From Gammaproteobacteria bacterium (lineage in GTDB: Bacteria; Pseudomonadota; Gammaproteobacteria; GCA-001735895): 64,000 nucleotides of DNA. Positions 20,685 to 32,431 of the stretch are shown piece after piece. The stretch spans positions 1 through 64,000 of the forward strand of contig JBNKUM010000022.1 of assembly GCA_050298595.1 (NCBI GenBank). Direction: 5' to 3'. The notes beneath the pieces are model-generated. The model was given only the letters and a program-made list of their open reading frames with translations. It searched no databases and was not told the origin of the DNA. A program made the translations under genes and the position numbers. The first letter of the stretch is position 1. Every line of letters begins with the position of its first letter.

Positions 20685-22142
20685 TTAAAACGGGCTCTCC
20701 AGTGGAGTCATACCAACATAGACTGCTTTTAGCTGGGTGTAATGTCGTAGCGTTTCCATACCATTCTCTCTACCTATACCAGATTGTTTATAACCACCAA
20801 CTGGCATTTCTGCGGGAGAGTTACCATAAGCATTAATCCAGCAAATACCGGCCTGTAGACGATGAATGACGCGATGTGCACGCCGTATATCGTTGGTGAA
20901 CACGCCAGCTGCCAGACCAACCTCGCAATTATTAGCGCGTCTAATCACTTCCTCTTCATCACTGAAGGTTAATACTGACATTACAGGACCGAAAATCTCT
21001 TCCTTGACGATTGTCATGTCATCACTGCAATCGGTGAAAATGGTCGCTTCAACAAAGAATCCATCTTCGGCTCCAGCAGGGTTCATTGCCTGTCCACCTG
21101 TGGCCAGGGTTGCGCCTTCGGCTTTGCCTTTATCGATATAGCTCAGTACCAGTTGCTGATGTTTAGCTGAAATTAATGCACCGAAATTGACTTCCGGATT
21201 CATCGGGTCACCGGCAACAATATTATTTTGTGTGCGCTCAAGGAGTCGTTGCATGAAGGCATCCTTGATACCCTGCTGGACGAAGACTCTGGTACCATTT
21301 GTACAGATCTCACCCTGTGTATAAAAATTGCCTAACATGGCGGCGGATACCGCATCTTCTATATCTGCATCATCAAATATAATCAGTGGAGATTTACCAC
21401 CCAATTCCATAGTGACTTCTTTCAATGTAGTGGCAGCGGCAGCCATAACCCTCTTGCCGGTACCCACTTCACCAGTAAACGATACCTTGGCAATATCAGC
21501 ATGATGTGTCAGCCAGGCACCTACTGCGCCATCACCATGAACCACATTAAATACGCCGGCAGGCATACCGGCTTCGATAAATATTTCGGCAAGCTTAACT
21601 GCACCGTGGGGTGTTTCTTCCGAGGGCTTGAAAATCATGGCATTGCCACAGGCCAGTGCTGGTGCTGCTTTCCAGCAGGCAATCTGCAGGGGATAGTTCC
21701 AGGCACCGATGCCAGCACAAACCCCTAGAGGCTCGCGTCTTGTATAATAGAAATCGCCACCCAGATCCTGTTGATTGCCTTCAATAGCAGGCGCAAGACC
21801 AGCAAAAAATTCGATAGAATCCGCACCGGTCACTACATCAACCACAGAAGCTTCCTGCCAGGGTTTACCGGTATCAATCACTTCAATAGCCGCCAGCTCA
21901 TCATTACGTTCGCGCAACAGAGCGACCGCTTTAAGCAGTATTCGACTTCTTTCCATACCCGTCATAGCAGACCATTGTGCAAAGCCCTTAAGTGCACTGT
22001 TAATGGCTGCATCGCGTACATAGTCATCTGCTACTTCCACCTGATAGGCAAGCTGGCCAGTGGCTGGATTGATCACTGAAAAGGTCTCACCACTCTGATT
22101 GCTGAGCAGGGCACCGTCTATAAAATTCTTAAGCAGATTCAT
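20685..22142 (-). CDS. betB: Betaine aldehyde dehydrogenase
   Basis: [41 protein letters not shown]. Confidence 0.96.
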   Translation of the reverse strand: MNLLKNFIDGALLSNQSGETFSVINPATGQLAYQVEVADDYVRDAAINSALKGFAQWSAMTGMERSRILLKAVALLRERNDELAAIEVIDTGKPWQEASVVDVVTGADSIEFFAGLAPAIEGNQQDLGGDFYYTRREPLGVCAGIGAWNYPLQIACWKAAPALACGNAMIFKPSEETPHGAVKLAEIFIEAGMPAGVFNVVHGDGAVGAWLTHHADIAKVSFTGEVGTGKRVMAAAATTLKEVTMELGGKSPLIIFDDADIEDAVSAAMLGNFYTQGEICTNGTRVFVQQGIKDAFMQRLLERTQNNIVAGDPMNPEVNFGALISAKHQQLVLSYIDKGKAEGATLATGGQAMNPAGAEDGFFVEATIFTDCSDDMTIVKEEIFGPVMSVLTFSDEEEVIRRANNCEVGLAAGVFTNDIRRAHRVIHRLQAGICWINAYGNSPAEMPVGGYKQSGIGRENGMETLRHYTQLKAVYVGMTPLESPF

Positions 22143-22744
22143 TTGTTGTTCCCAAATCTTTCAATTTGTAGTTGAATAAATTCTTTACACAGACGCACAG
22201 ATTCATCGAAATTTCTTTCCTGTGGTTGGCTTAGGGTGCTGCGTAACCACAGGCCATCAATCATTGCAGCTGTCATTTGTGCGCAGTCACGGGCTTTTTC
22301 CAAATCAGGGATCAACTGACGATACGAGTAGAGCAGGTTGCTTTGCAGACGTTTTCTATTGACCGTCTGTAATCGTGATAGAGATTCATCATGCATTGCC
22401 TTTGTCCAGAAAGATAACCAGGCATTGCTGGCAGGTGCTGATTGTTGAAAACCGGAGAAATTCGTTTCCACAATCATCATCAAGCGCTGTTTAGGAGAAG
22501 CCTCATTCATCGCTTGAAGACTTGTTAGCAGGCCCTGTTTCAGCTGATCCATAAGATGTCTTACGGCAGCCTCAATAAGACCCTGCTTACCACCAAAATA
22601 ATGACTGATAATGCCCGATGACATACCCGCCAGGCGGCTTATGCTCATGATGGTGGTGCCCTGAAGACCATTGGTTTCAATAGACTTCAAAGTCGCATCA
22701 ATAAGTTGTTGTTTTCTAAGTGGTTCAATTCCAATTTTAGGCAT
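22139..22744 (-). CDS. betI: Choline-responsive TetR repressor BetI
   Basis: [38 protein letters not shown]; start moved to MPKIG. Confidence 0.93.
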   Translation of the reverse strand: MPKIGIEPLRKQQLIDATLKSIETNGLQGTTIMSISRLAGMSSGIISHYFGGKQGLIEAAVRHLMDQLKQGLLTSLQAMNEASPKQRLMMIVETNFSGFQQSAPASNAWLSFWTKAMHDESLSRLQTVNRKRLQSNLLYSYRQLIPDLEKARDCAQMTAAMIDGLWLRSTLSQPQERNFDESVRLCKEFIQLQIERFGNNK

Positions 22745-22752
22745 ATTTTTTA

Positions 22753-22772
22753 TTAATTGAACGTTCAATTAA
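22753..22772. promoter_or_regulatory. BetI operator
   Basis: Perfect 20-bp palindrome TTAATTGAACGTTCAATTAA, 8 nt upstream of the betI ATG; resembles the known BetI box ATTGAACGTCCAAT. Confidence 0.85.
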
Positions 22773-23099
22773 CGAAGAGTCTACGGATTTACGTTACATA
22801 ATTCAACCCTGAGTATTTGTTTGAATTTGGTGCAAAAGAGAAGTTGGTGTCAGTAGTGGATATCGGAGCGAGTCGCAGTAAGGTTAAGAGTAAAGTTGAT
22901 CCGGGATGAAACATTCAGTATTTACTAACAAGGTGACATGCCATAAGATTTAACCATTATGAACATCTAATCTACATAAGCGGGTCTACAGTAGCTACTT
23001 TCACTAAGAAAAGTTGTATCTACTGCCTTTCCGTGCCCGCACAATCCAGATATTAATTTCTAATTTTAGAAGCCTGATGGCTTCAAAGGATTTTTTACT

Positions 23100-23981
23100 A
23101 TGTATGATTTTATTCATGATATTTCAGTTCGTCCTGCTCCATTTTCCAGATACACAGCAAAAGTTTTATGGACGAAACCGCACCTTTCTAAGCAAATGCT
23201 TACCTATCATCTGAATCAGGAAACCGATCTCGCATCCAGACGTTTTGAGATTATTGACGATGTAGTAAGTTGGATCGATCAGCAACTCAATTTATCCGGT
23301 AAGAAGCTTTGTGACCTGGGTTGCGGGCCCGGTCTCTATACACAACGATTTTTTTCTCTGGGTGCTGAGGTGGTTGGAATTGATTTCTCCAAATACACTT
23401 TGGATTATGCCCGTTCTCAGTCGAATGGTGATATTCACTATCTGCAAGCTGATTATCTTAGCGATAAGCTGCCTTCAGGTTTTGATGTCATTACGTTGAT
23501 CTATACTGACCTATGTGTATTGTCGCCAGAACAGAGGTCGATTCTATTAGGCAGAATGCGTAGGATGCTTAAACCCGGTGGTCATATAGTTCTTGATGTT
23601 GCAGGTCTGGGGCTATTGAGGGATAGGCAAGAAGTTACTCTAATTGAAGATCAATTGATGGGTGGTTTTTGGGCTGATGGTAATTATGTCGGCATTCAAA
23701 AAACTTTTATCTATGAAGATCAACATCTTGCTTTAGATCGTTTTACCATTATTGAGCCTGGTAATATCTGGCATATCTATAACTGGTTTCAGCACTACAC
23801 ACCACAAATGATAGAAGATGAGCTGCGTGATTCTGGCTTTACTCTAGTTAAGTTGGCCGGTGATCTGACAGGTGAGCCTTTTATTGAGAATGGTGATCTG
23901 ATGGGAATCATTGCATCACCTTCCAAAATATCAGCAGGAGATACCCGCAACTTGCGGGTATCTCTTATTATATTTTTCTAA
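23100..23981 (+). CDS. Class I SAM-dependent methyltransferase
   Basis: LCDLGCGPGLY, GIDFS, LKPGG. Confidence 0.88.
   Translation: MYDFIHDISVRPAPFSRYTAKVLWTKPHLSKQMLTYHLNQETDLASRRFEIIDDVVSWIDQQLNLSGKKLCDLGCGPGLYTQRFFSLGAEVVGIDFSKYTLDYARSQSNGDIHYLQADYLSDKLPSGFDVITLIYTDLCVLSPEQRSILLGRMRRMLKPGGHIVLDVAGLGLLRDRQEVTLIEDQLMGGFWADGNYVGIQKTFIYEDQHLALDRFTIIEPGNIWHIYNWFQHYTPQMIEDELRDSGFTLVKLAGDLTGEPFIENGDLMGIIASPSKISAGDTRNLRVSLIIFF
23938..23964. repeat. Perfect palindrome overlapping the methyltransferase 3' end
   Basis: GAGATACCCGCAA-C-TTGCGGGTATCTC. Confidence 0.7.
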
Positions 23982-24092
23982 TTTCCGGCTGGGTCGATAA
24001 CCCGTAATCTGGAATTGGAGGTTGCAAAAGGAGGAACGACGGCTTCCAACTTTGATTTGTATTCGAGTTTGCCAGGGTGCCATTGTTGTAAA

Positions 24093-24123
24093 TGTCGGAT
24101 GGCTCTTCGCTTATCCGACCTAC
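24093..24123 (-). repeat. GTAG-type REP element
   Basis: Minus strand reads GTAGGTCGGATAAGCGAAGAGCCATCCGACA. Confidence 0.7.
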
Positions 24124-24229
24124 GACAAAAGTTTTCATATTTTCTCGAAACATCCAACACACAATTAACTACCAGAGCAAGTCGATCAGCATCTCTTCGT
24201 TGTGCATGCGCTTCCATCTAACTTGAATA

Positions 24230-24266
24230 ATAGGTTTTACCGATAGTTCGTTTAAGTATAAACGAT
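24230..24266 (+). promoter_or_regulatory. Putative OxyR box upstream of katG
   Basis: ATAG-N7-CGAT-N7-TTAA-N7-CGAT, a partial match to the OxyR ATAG-N7-CTAT repeat spacing. Confidence 0.45.
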
Positions 24267-24297
24267 TTTACGAATATAGAAGTCGAGCCGATACTGA

Positions 24298-26484
<2,187 letters not shown>

Positions 26485-26496
26485 TACTCGTCTCAT

Positions 26497-26534
26497 ATCC
26501 CGCGTCGCCCTGTTAGCGATGCGGGATTTTTTTT
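26497..26534 (+). terminator. Rho-independent terminator of katG
   Basis: ATCCCGCGTCGC..GCGATGCGGGAT stem followed by a T-run. Confidence 0.85.
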
Positions 26535-26691
26535 CGTATCCGCTTAAGAAAGCGGTAAGTATGTTGCCCCCTGGAACAACATTCAATCAGACAATTGCTA
26601 AGTTTTAAACTGATTCTGTTTACTTCTTGCGGCGTGTGTGCCGAACATGGCACTTAACTTGAGAGGTTAATGCTCCTGGAATCAGGTCTTT

Positions 26692-26817
26692 GATTTATGA
26701 CCAGGTATTTTTCGAGTATTACAGATCTCATTCACGTTTCCTAAATGGCAACTTAGGATCGATAGGGAGTGTTCACTGTGATCTGATCTCGTGTACCTGA
26801 ACGACCGCTACTTTGAC
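26692..26817 (+). repeat. 126-bp direct repeat, copy A
   Basis: Ungapped match to 28975-29100, with 18 mismatches counted by hand. Confidence 0.85.
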
Positions 26818-26938
26818 TAACGAAACCTCCGGAGTCTAGTACATTAAAAAATTTAAATTCTTATACTGAATACCCGAATTTTTTATAAAGCTGCCGTTTG
26901 TGCGTTGTGCAGTGAAAAAAAGTAACAAGGTGCCTGGA

Positions 26939-27025
26939 GCGGTCATTGATTAATTTATCTATGAATGAGAATATAATGCAACATAAGTCAATATTCGTGC
27001 GTGTCACATAATCAAGCTGTTAGGA
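26939..27025 (+). promoter_or_regulatory. attI-like leader, copy 2
   Basis: Ends in the core site GTTAGGA (27019-27025), complementary to TCCTAAC of the downstream attC. Homologous to the reverse complement of 12414-12524. Confidence 0.65.
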
Positions 27026-27055
27026 TTTCATCATATCTACAAAAGGGAGAAATTT

Positions 27056-27601
27056 ATGATTACTTTCCAAAACCTATGGAATAACCATCCAACAAATACT
27101 GAGGAAGAGAATCCTTGCGTGACTAATGGGAAAAAGAATTTTCCTAATCAGTGTGCAATTCGTGTCGGTGTGGCGTTAACTAAGTGCGGTGTAAAAACCA
27201 CCTCTATACCAGGAGTTGTACATTGTTGGCAACATGACAAATCAGAAGGCCATGCTATTAGAGCTGAAGAGTTAGCAAATGGCTTGTCAAAAATGCACTT
27301 GCCTGGTCTAAAACCAGTTATAAAAATCACCCCTAGTGAGTTTTCTAGCGCACTAAACGGAAAAAAGGGGATCATCTTTTTCAAAGATTATTGGAGAAGA
27401 ACAGTATCAGGAAAGAAGGAATCTTTTAGGAATCGTTCTGGAGACCATATTGATATATGGAATGGAAGTAGAATTACTAATTTGTCTTCTTGGGCAAGAA
27501 TTCATTTGAGAATTGGCTCGTTTGGCATACATTCAATTACTAATCGCTTTTCAGACTTTGAGGATTCGAAGGAAATTTGGTTCTGGGAGACTATCCGATG
27601 A
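27056..27601 (+). CDS. Tae4-like peptidoglycan amidase (T6SS amidase effector family)
   Basis: NQCAIRV (catalytic Cys), KGIIFFKDYW, GDHIDIWNG (catalytic His), EIWFWE; no signal peptide. Confidence 0.78.
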   Translation: MITFQNLWNNHPTNTEEENPCVTNGKKNFPNQCAIRVGVALTKCGVKTTSIPGVVHCWQHDKSEGHAIRAEELANGLSKMHLPGLKPVIKITPSEFSSALNGKKGIIFFKDYWRRTVSGKKESFRNRSGDHIDIWNGSRITNLSSWARIHLRIGSFGIHSITNRFSDFEDSKEIWFWETIR

Positions 27602-27843
27602 GATATCTAACAGGACTAATATCTGGCGTGGCATTTGTGATATTTCTTAGTTTTTTGTTGACCCCATTTCTTAGCGAAATTTACTCAGATTTCAAAGGGT
27701 TATCGCCCGGGCCTGATGGTGAGGCAGAGCTTGCTGATTTTCTAATCTTTATTCAGTGGCCAATTTTTTTTGTGGTAGGATTTTTAGTCGGTTTTATTGG
27801 GCATAAAAAAATCCTAACACGTCGCTCCAGTGGACGCTCCTGA
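27598..27843 (+). CDS. Small 2-TM protein, putative partner of the amidase
   Basis: ATGA overlap with the amidase stop; two hydrophobic helices; the ORF reads into the attC. Confidence 0.7.
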   Translation: MRYLTGLISGVAFVIFLSFLLTPFLSEIYSDFKGLSPGPDGEAELADFLIFIQWPIFFVVGFLVGFIGHKKILTRRSSGRS

Positions 27844-27871
27844 CGTCGCTCCGCTGAGCTAAGCGTTTGGA
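27812..27871 (+). mobile_element. Integron attC site
   Basis: TCCTAAC-ACGTC-GCTCCAG-(loop)-CTGAGC-TAAGC-GTTTGGA: R''/L''/L'/R' layout with an extrahelical base, 60 bp. Confidence 0.85.
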
Positions 27872-27903
27872 CGGACTAAGAGAACGGAGGACTACGACTC
27901 AAG

Positions 27904-28491
27904 GTGGAACGACATAACGCGATTCTCATCCTGCTCCTTATCATCGCCGCGACAGGCATCATTGGATGTGAAACATCCAATCCCGAGCAAGCCTGGAATA
28001 CCGCGACCGTTAGCGATCCTAGATTCGTACAGGCGCTTGACGAGATCTCAAGTAGACCCGGTCAAGTTCTGGTTTGCGTGAGCTACTGGAATGGTTGGCA
28101 GGCCATCTCGCGTAGTCGCGGTGGCGGGAACTACGAGTCATACACCTGGGGAGAACATGGTTTCCGAAGGACCGACGACTCGCCGCTCATTAGAGCCTCG
28201 CTTGCCGAGGAGGTCTACGACTACTTGTTGCCATTGGACAGCGCCTACCACGCTGCGTCGCTCGACTATTCACAGGTTCTTGACACCAAGAAGAACTGGA
28301 AGATGATCAACAAGATCCTGTATGTTCTGCCAGTGCCTTCGTTGATGGCTATCAAGATAGAGGACGCTGTTCGTCCGTTATGGGTCTTGCCGTATCGGTC
28401 GTGGCCTGGCGAAGGGAACGCCGCAGTTCTCGCTGACGACGGATCCGTGCTCAACAGTGTCAGGCTTGACCGCGGTGGCCTTCGCGAGTGA
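27904..28491 (+). CDS. Hypothetical lipoprotein, second cassette
   Basis: Directly follows the attC; GGAGG RBS; lipobox IIGC; GC clearly higher than the first cassette. Confidence 0.65.
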   Translation: MERHNAILILLLIIAATGIIGCETSNPEQAWNTATVSDPRFVQALDEISSRPGQVLVCVSYWNGWQAISRSRGGGNYESYTWGEHGFRRTDDSPLIRASLAEEVYDYLLPLDSAYHAASLDYSQVLDTKKNWKMINKILYVLPVPSLMAIKIEDAVRPLWVLPYRSWPGEGNAAVLADDGSVLNSVRLDRGGLRE

Positions 28492-28666
28492 AACTCGGGT
28501 CGCGAACGTCAGCAAATGTGAGGGCGATGTGATGATTAACGCAGTGTCGTACGGCAGCATGTGCCTGATTTCGCTGACCCTGGGTTTTCGACTAGCAGCG
28601 CTAGCTCGTAGCTCTACTCGTGGTCCTATCGTCGGTGTCCTGGCCCAGATCGTCCTGGTCCCGAGC

Positions 28667-28721
28667 AATAATAATAGGGGACCGAATAATAAATAGGGGA
28701 CCGAATAATAATAGGGGACAG
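28667..28721 (+). repeat. Three tandem 18-19 bp units
   Basis: AATAATAATAGGGGACCG, AATAATAAATAGGGGACCG, AATAATAATAGGGGACAG. Confidence 0.85.
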
Positions 28722-28725
28722 ACCA

Positions 28726-28880
28726 GAATGGCACTTACTTAAGCTCATAACTAAAAGAATTCGTCATTGCGAGGAGCTTGCGACGTGGCAATCTCAATGG
28801 CATGACGTCACTTTTAGAAGATTACCGCGTCGCAAGCTCCTCGTAATGACGGTGTATCAAGTCTTAAGTAAGTGCCATTC
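28726..28880. mobile_element. 155-bp MITE with IS4-like TIRs and 11-bp target-site duplication
   Basis: Perfect 18-bp TIR GAATGGCACTTACTTAAG / CTTAAGTAAGTGCCATTC. GGGACAGACCA occurs at 28715-28725 and 28881-28891. Internal ~33-bp inverted repeat. Confidence 0.88.
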
Positions 28881-28974
28881 GGGACAGACCACGGTTTATT
28901 GACATTTAAAATCAAGGAGTCAAACGCCTTGAAGCGTATTTGAGACAATAACGGCAAATATTGGGTCTGGTCTC

Positions 28975-29100
28975 GATTTATGATCAAGTATTTTTCGTGT
29001 ATTACAGCTCACATTCACGTTTCCTAAATGGTAACTTTAGATCAATAGGGAGCGTTCATCGTGACCTGATCTCGTTTACCTGAACGATTGTTTCTTTGAC
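28975..29100 (+). repeat. 126-bp direct repeat, copy B
   Basis: Matches 26692-26817. Confidence 0.85.
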
Positions 29101-29202
29101 ATAGCGGGCAAATTATATTTTCAGATAAGATAAAACTCATATATTTGTATTGCATTATTTTATTTGAACAACCATTTTGGATACTCAATAAAGCTCTGTG
29201 TA

Positions 29203-29374
29203 CTCGGCAACTGCTCGGTAACTGCTCCTGCGTTACTCTATCACCTACATCCGTGTAGGAATCCTGCATTGCTCTACCTTCGACCATCCATATTCTCGTA
29301 CATACGGGCGTCCTCGGCTCAGGCATCCTGCTTCGCTCTACCTCCTCCCTCCCTGGAGTCGTGCCCTAATCTGT
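29203..29374 (+). repeat. Modular palindromic repeat element, copy 1
   Basis: CTGCTCGGTAACTGCTCCTGCGTTACTCTATCACCTACA...GCTCTACCTCCTCCCTCCCTGGAGTCGTGCCCTAATCTGT; inverted copy at 32878-32974. Confidence 0.8.
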
Positions 29375-29651
29375 GGTTAAAATTTTGTTTCGATAAATTG
29401 AGTAAAGAAGTTATCAGGATACTTTTTGTTTACGCATGGCACTGGGGTTCATACCAAACAGTTTATTAAATAAGCTGGAGAAGTGTGCCGCACTAACAAA
29501 TCCTTTAGCTTCCGCAACCTCTACAATTTTAAGCGAAGACTGTTCAAGTAACTTTCTTGCCGTTTGTAAAAGTAACGTCGATGATTCATTATCACTGTAA
29601 GCGATAAAGGGAATGGCCCTGCGGATACACCACCAATGACATAGTTCTAAG

Positions 29652-30167
29652 CTAACTAATAGAATCCGTTAACCGCACAACCCTGTGCGTAATCAACATA
29701 ATCAGTAATACAGAAGCCCCAAAAACATACAGCCCAAAATGCACCTGAATACTGGCTATGGCTCCTAATTTGACGGTAACGATTAATACCGCTACAACCA
29801 TAACGTCTAACATCGCCCAACGGCCATATTCATGCATTAGATGCAGGTAGCGCTTAATCTTTGGGTTTTGTTTTGTGTTGGTCGACAATAGCTTGAACAA
29901 TACGAGTATTTTCATCACTGGCAAAACGATACTAAACCCAGCTACTAAAATAAATATTGGAAACTGACCATTATTAAATAGTTCGATAACACCAGATATC
30001 ACTGAAAAGGAATTCTCGATGATAATGAATTTACTTAGCGTTATCATCGGGAAGAATATCCCCATCGAAAAAAATACAGCGGCCAGCATCAAAAGCCAGC
30101 GTAGTGGCCGGGCACTGGTTTCGGGTATCACAGCCGGTTGGTTATTTTCAGTTGGGATATCGCTCAT
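29652..30167 (-). CDS. Paraquat-inducible protein A (PqiA) domain protein
   Basis: FSIVLPVMK and GRWAMLDVMVVA motifs. Confidence 0.85.
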   Translation of the reverse strand: MSDIPTENNQPAVIPETSARPLRWLLMLAAVFFSMGIFFPMITLSKFIIIENSFSVISGVIELFNNGQFPIFILVAGFSIVLPVMKILVLFKLLSTNTKQNPKIKRYLHLMHEYGRWAMLDVMVVAVLIVTVKLGAIASIQVHFGLYVFGASVLLIMLITHRVVRLTDSIS

Positions 30168-30189
30168 TCAAGTAGCAACAGTAGGCAAG

Positions 30190-31074
30190 TTAGTGTGGTG
30201 TTTTCCAGGCATCAATAATATAGCTTGCCAGAGCCTGACCTGCAGGCCCGAGTCCCTCACGTTTTTCGAATAGTAACTGATATTCACCGAGTTTCGGCAA
30301 ACCGAGATTTGCATCGATATGTACAAAGGGGGCTCGCATATGGCTTCTGGGAATAGGGGCGATGGCAAGGTCCGCTTCCATAGCTGCTTCCATGCCTGCA
30401 CTATGGTCACAGGTATAGGCGATGCGGTATTCAATACCCTGTTTGTCCAACGCCTCCAGCGCCATCGTGCGCCAGCAACAACCCCGATTGGCAACCGCCA
30501 GGGGCAGGGGCTTTTTCTCTGCTGCCAGCCCGGCATTCCGGCTTGCCCAGACCAGAGGTTCGGTAAAGATCACCTCACCACGCGTCGGGTCCTGACCGAT
30601 ATTACCACCCCTCATTAAAGCCATGTCTATCTCACCTGAGTCCAGTCGCCTTAACATTTCACTACTGCTTCCTACCATCACATTCACCGCTACCGATGGA
30701 TGTGAACGGGCGAACTGTGCCAGCACCTTTGGCAAAATACGGGTGGCTATATCTTCAGGTGACCCAAAACAGACGGTTCCTTCAATGGTGGGTGCTATAA
30801 ACTGGCTGACAGCCTCTTCATTTAATCTAAGCAAACGACGGCTATAGCTGAGCAGTAACTCTCCTTCAGAGGTTAAACGTACCTGCCGCGCCTCACGCAG
30901 GAATAGACTTTTCCCCAGTGTCTCTTCAAGACGTTTGATTTGCATGCTGACAGCAGCAGGAGAACGAAAAACCTGCTGTGCAGCGCGGCTGAAACTGCCA
31001 CTTTCTGCAATAGCCACAAAGGACCGTAATAAATCGAATTCCAGTAAGGGCGGTGTGTTTGTAAACAAAGACAT
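30190..31074 (-). CDS. LysR-family regulator
   Basis: DLLRSFVAIAESGSFSRAAQQVFRSPAAVSMQIKRLE. Confidence 0.92.
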   Translation of the reverse strand: MSLFTNTPPLLEFDLLRSFVAIAESGSFSRAAQQVFRSPAAVSMQIKRLEETLGKSLFLREARQVRLTSEGELLLSYSRRLLRLNEEAVSQFIAPTIEGTVCFGSPEDIATRILPKVLAQFARSHPSVAVNVMVGSSSEMLRRLDSGEIDMALMRGGNIGQDPTRGEVIFTEPLVWASRNAGLAAEKKPLPLAVANRGCCWRTMALEALDKQGIEYRIAYTCDHSAGMEAAMEADLAIAPIPRSHMRAPFVHIDANLGLPKLGEYQLLFEKREGLGPAGQALASYIIDAWKTPH

Positions 31075-31080
31075 AATCTT

Positions 31081-31103
31081 ATGATTCAGTTTTATTGAAT
31101 CAT
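31081..31103. promoter_or_regulatory. Palindromic LysR-type box between lysR and the DUF1127 gene
   Basis: ATGATTCA-N7-TGAATCAT. Confidence 0.65.
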
Positions 31104-31228
31104 GAGTTTAGTATTTTTAGTTTGATTAAACAATGCTTAAAACTCATTATCTGCTTCGAGGTCGCGACTCAATAACCTTTTAACCACCAACACCGTCATA
31201 AGTAGACGGTAAATAGAGGAAATACGTT

Positions 31229-31531
31229 ATGTCTAACCAGGACCTATCAAGCAATATACCAACGATTATTGAATTCAAATCTATACAGCAAGGAGTTCGA
31301 AAATTGTTGAGTAGATTTTCATTATTTCAGGCTCTAAAAAACTGGCAAAAGGCCTATAGTCGACGTCAGAGATTATTAAACCTGCTCAACTATGATGATC
31401 ATATGCTGGATGATATGGGGTATACGCGACAGGATTTATATACTATTGCCAGGTTGCCATTGAGCACTGATGCCCATCAGGTACTTAAGCGCCTAAAAGA
31501 GGAAAGAAAGTTACCTCGACGTAAAAGATAA
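31229..31531 (+). CDS. DUF1127 domain small protein
   Basis: RRQRLLNLLNYDDHMLDDMGYTRQD; GAGG RBS; divergent from the LysR gene. Confidence 0.8.
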   Translation: MSNQDLSSNIPTIIEFKSIQQGVRKLLSRFSLFQALKNWQKAYSRRQRLLNLLNYDDHMLDDMGYTRQDLYTIARLPLSTDAHQVLKRLKEERKLPRRKR

Positions 31532-31539
31532 CTTATATT

Positions 31540-31565
31540 TCAGGGTCAACAAATGCTGGCCCTGA
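31540..31565 (+). terminator. Hairpin after the DUF1127 gene
   Basis: TCAGGGTCA..TGGCCCTGA. Confidence 0.45.
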
Positions 31566-31679
31566 TCTATGATAATTGTTTTAACTGAGGTAAATAAGAT
31601 TATTTCGAAGCTTTTAGCAAATCAGTGGAACCCAGTAGGTTCATAAAAAACTTTTCATAATTGATTAAATTTATTACCC

Positions 31680-32342
31680 TCAAGCTTTCTTTTTTTCTCG
31701 GCTAAATACCATTCGATGTTGTCTGAGGTCCTCCTGATTTCCCACCCACGCGTATAGTAAAAGTGCAGGCTCTTTTTTCGACACCGTAATGCGGTGTGTA
31801 TGAGCTGGAGGATTAAAAATCATAGATCCAGGTGAATAAACGCCCTGATTGTTCTCAGATACAGATCCTGAAAGACAAATATAGCTTTCTGTAATGCCAT
31901 CATGTGCATGCGAGGGGTAAACGCAGCAGGGGGCAAATAAAACCACGCCCAGAATTACCTCAGAAGACATCACCGGACCGTATGGCCCACAGATCTGTGC
32001 GTAGGCATATTTATTATCCAGACTTCTCGGCATCTTTTCGTAACCGTATTGCCAGTTTAACCGGTCTTTAATAGATTCAAATGAACGAATTATTGGAGCA
32101 TGGAGTTTTGCTTTTCCTTCATCTAGTGCTCGTTTTAGATGCTTTGTAACTGGTTTATCAGCAATAACATCAATTTTGATTTCAGGATTAGATTTGATGA
32201 TTCGGCTTATAGCTTCACGAACCGCACGTTGATGAGAGCGTATACGGTCGCTTCCGCCAGAATCAAGATGACGATACAACTCGTAACATTCCATTAGCAA
32301 ATAGCGCCAGTCAGGGGCGTCTTTCAGGTGTTCATTGGTCAC
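31680..32342 (-). CDS. dddL: Dimethylsulfoniopropionate lyase DddL (cupin)
   Basis: PDWRYLL..LYRH..GGSDRIRSHQRAVR, WQYGYEKMP..KYAYA, GVVLFAP..YPSHAHDGITESY..SENNQGVYSPGS..HRITV..LLYAW; recalled match to DddL. Confidence 0.85.
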   Translation of the reverse strand: MTNEHLKDAPDWRYLLMECYELYRHLDSGGSDRIRSHQRAVREAISRIIKSNPEIKIDVIADKPVTKHLKRALDEGKAKLHAPIIRSFESIKDRLNWQYGYEKMPRSLDNKYAYAQICGPYGPVMSSEVILGVVLFAPCCVYPSHAHDGITESYICLSGSVSENNQGVYSPGSMIFNPPAHTHRITVSKKEPALLLYAWVGNQEDLRQHRMVFSREKKKA

Positions 32343-32431
32343 AATTTATCGCTCAATAATTAATACGCAAACGCCTTTAAACAGGCCTTACTGGTTTATT
32401 TATATGTTCTATTTACTAGTTGATGCGATAT

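Noticed and set aside
28667-28721. Possible CRISPR array
   Set aside because: Units are directly adjacent with no spacers, are only 18-19 bp, and no cas genes are present.
29341-29353. CCTCCTCCC as a cuckoo/CcsR-type sRNA linked to the DUF1127 gene
   Set aside because: It lies inside the repeat element, far upstream of the DUF1127 gene rather than in its 3' UTR.
29042-29469. Short ORFs of 94 and 101 aa
   Set aside because: They are translations of the modular repeat element.
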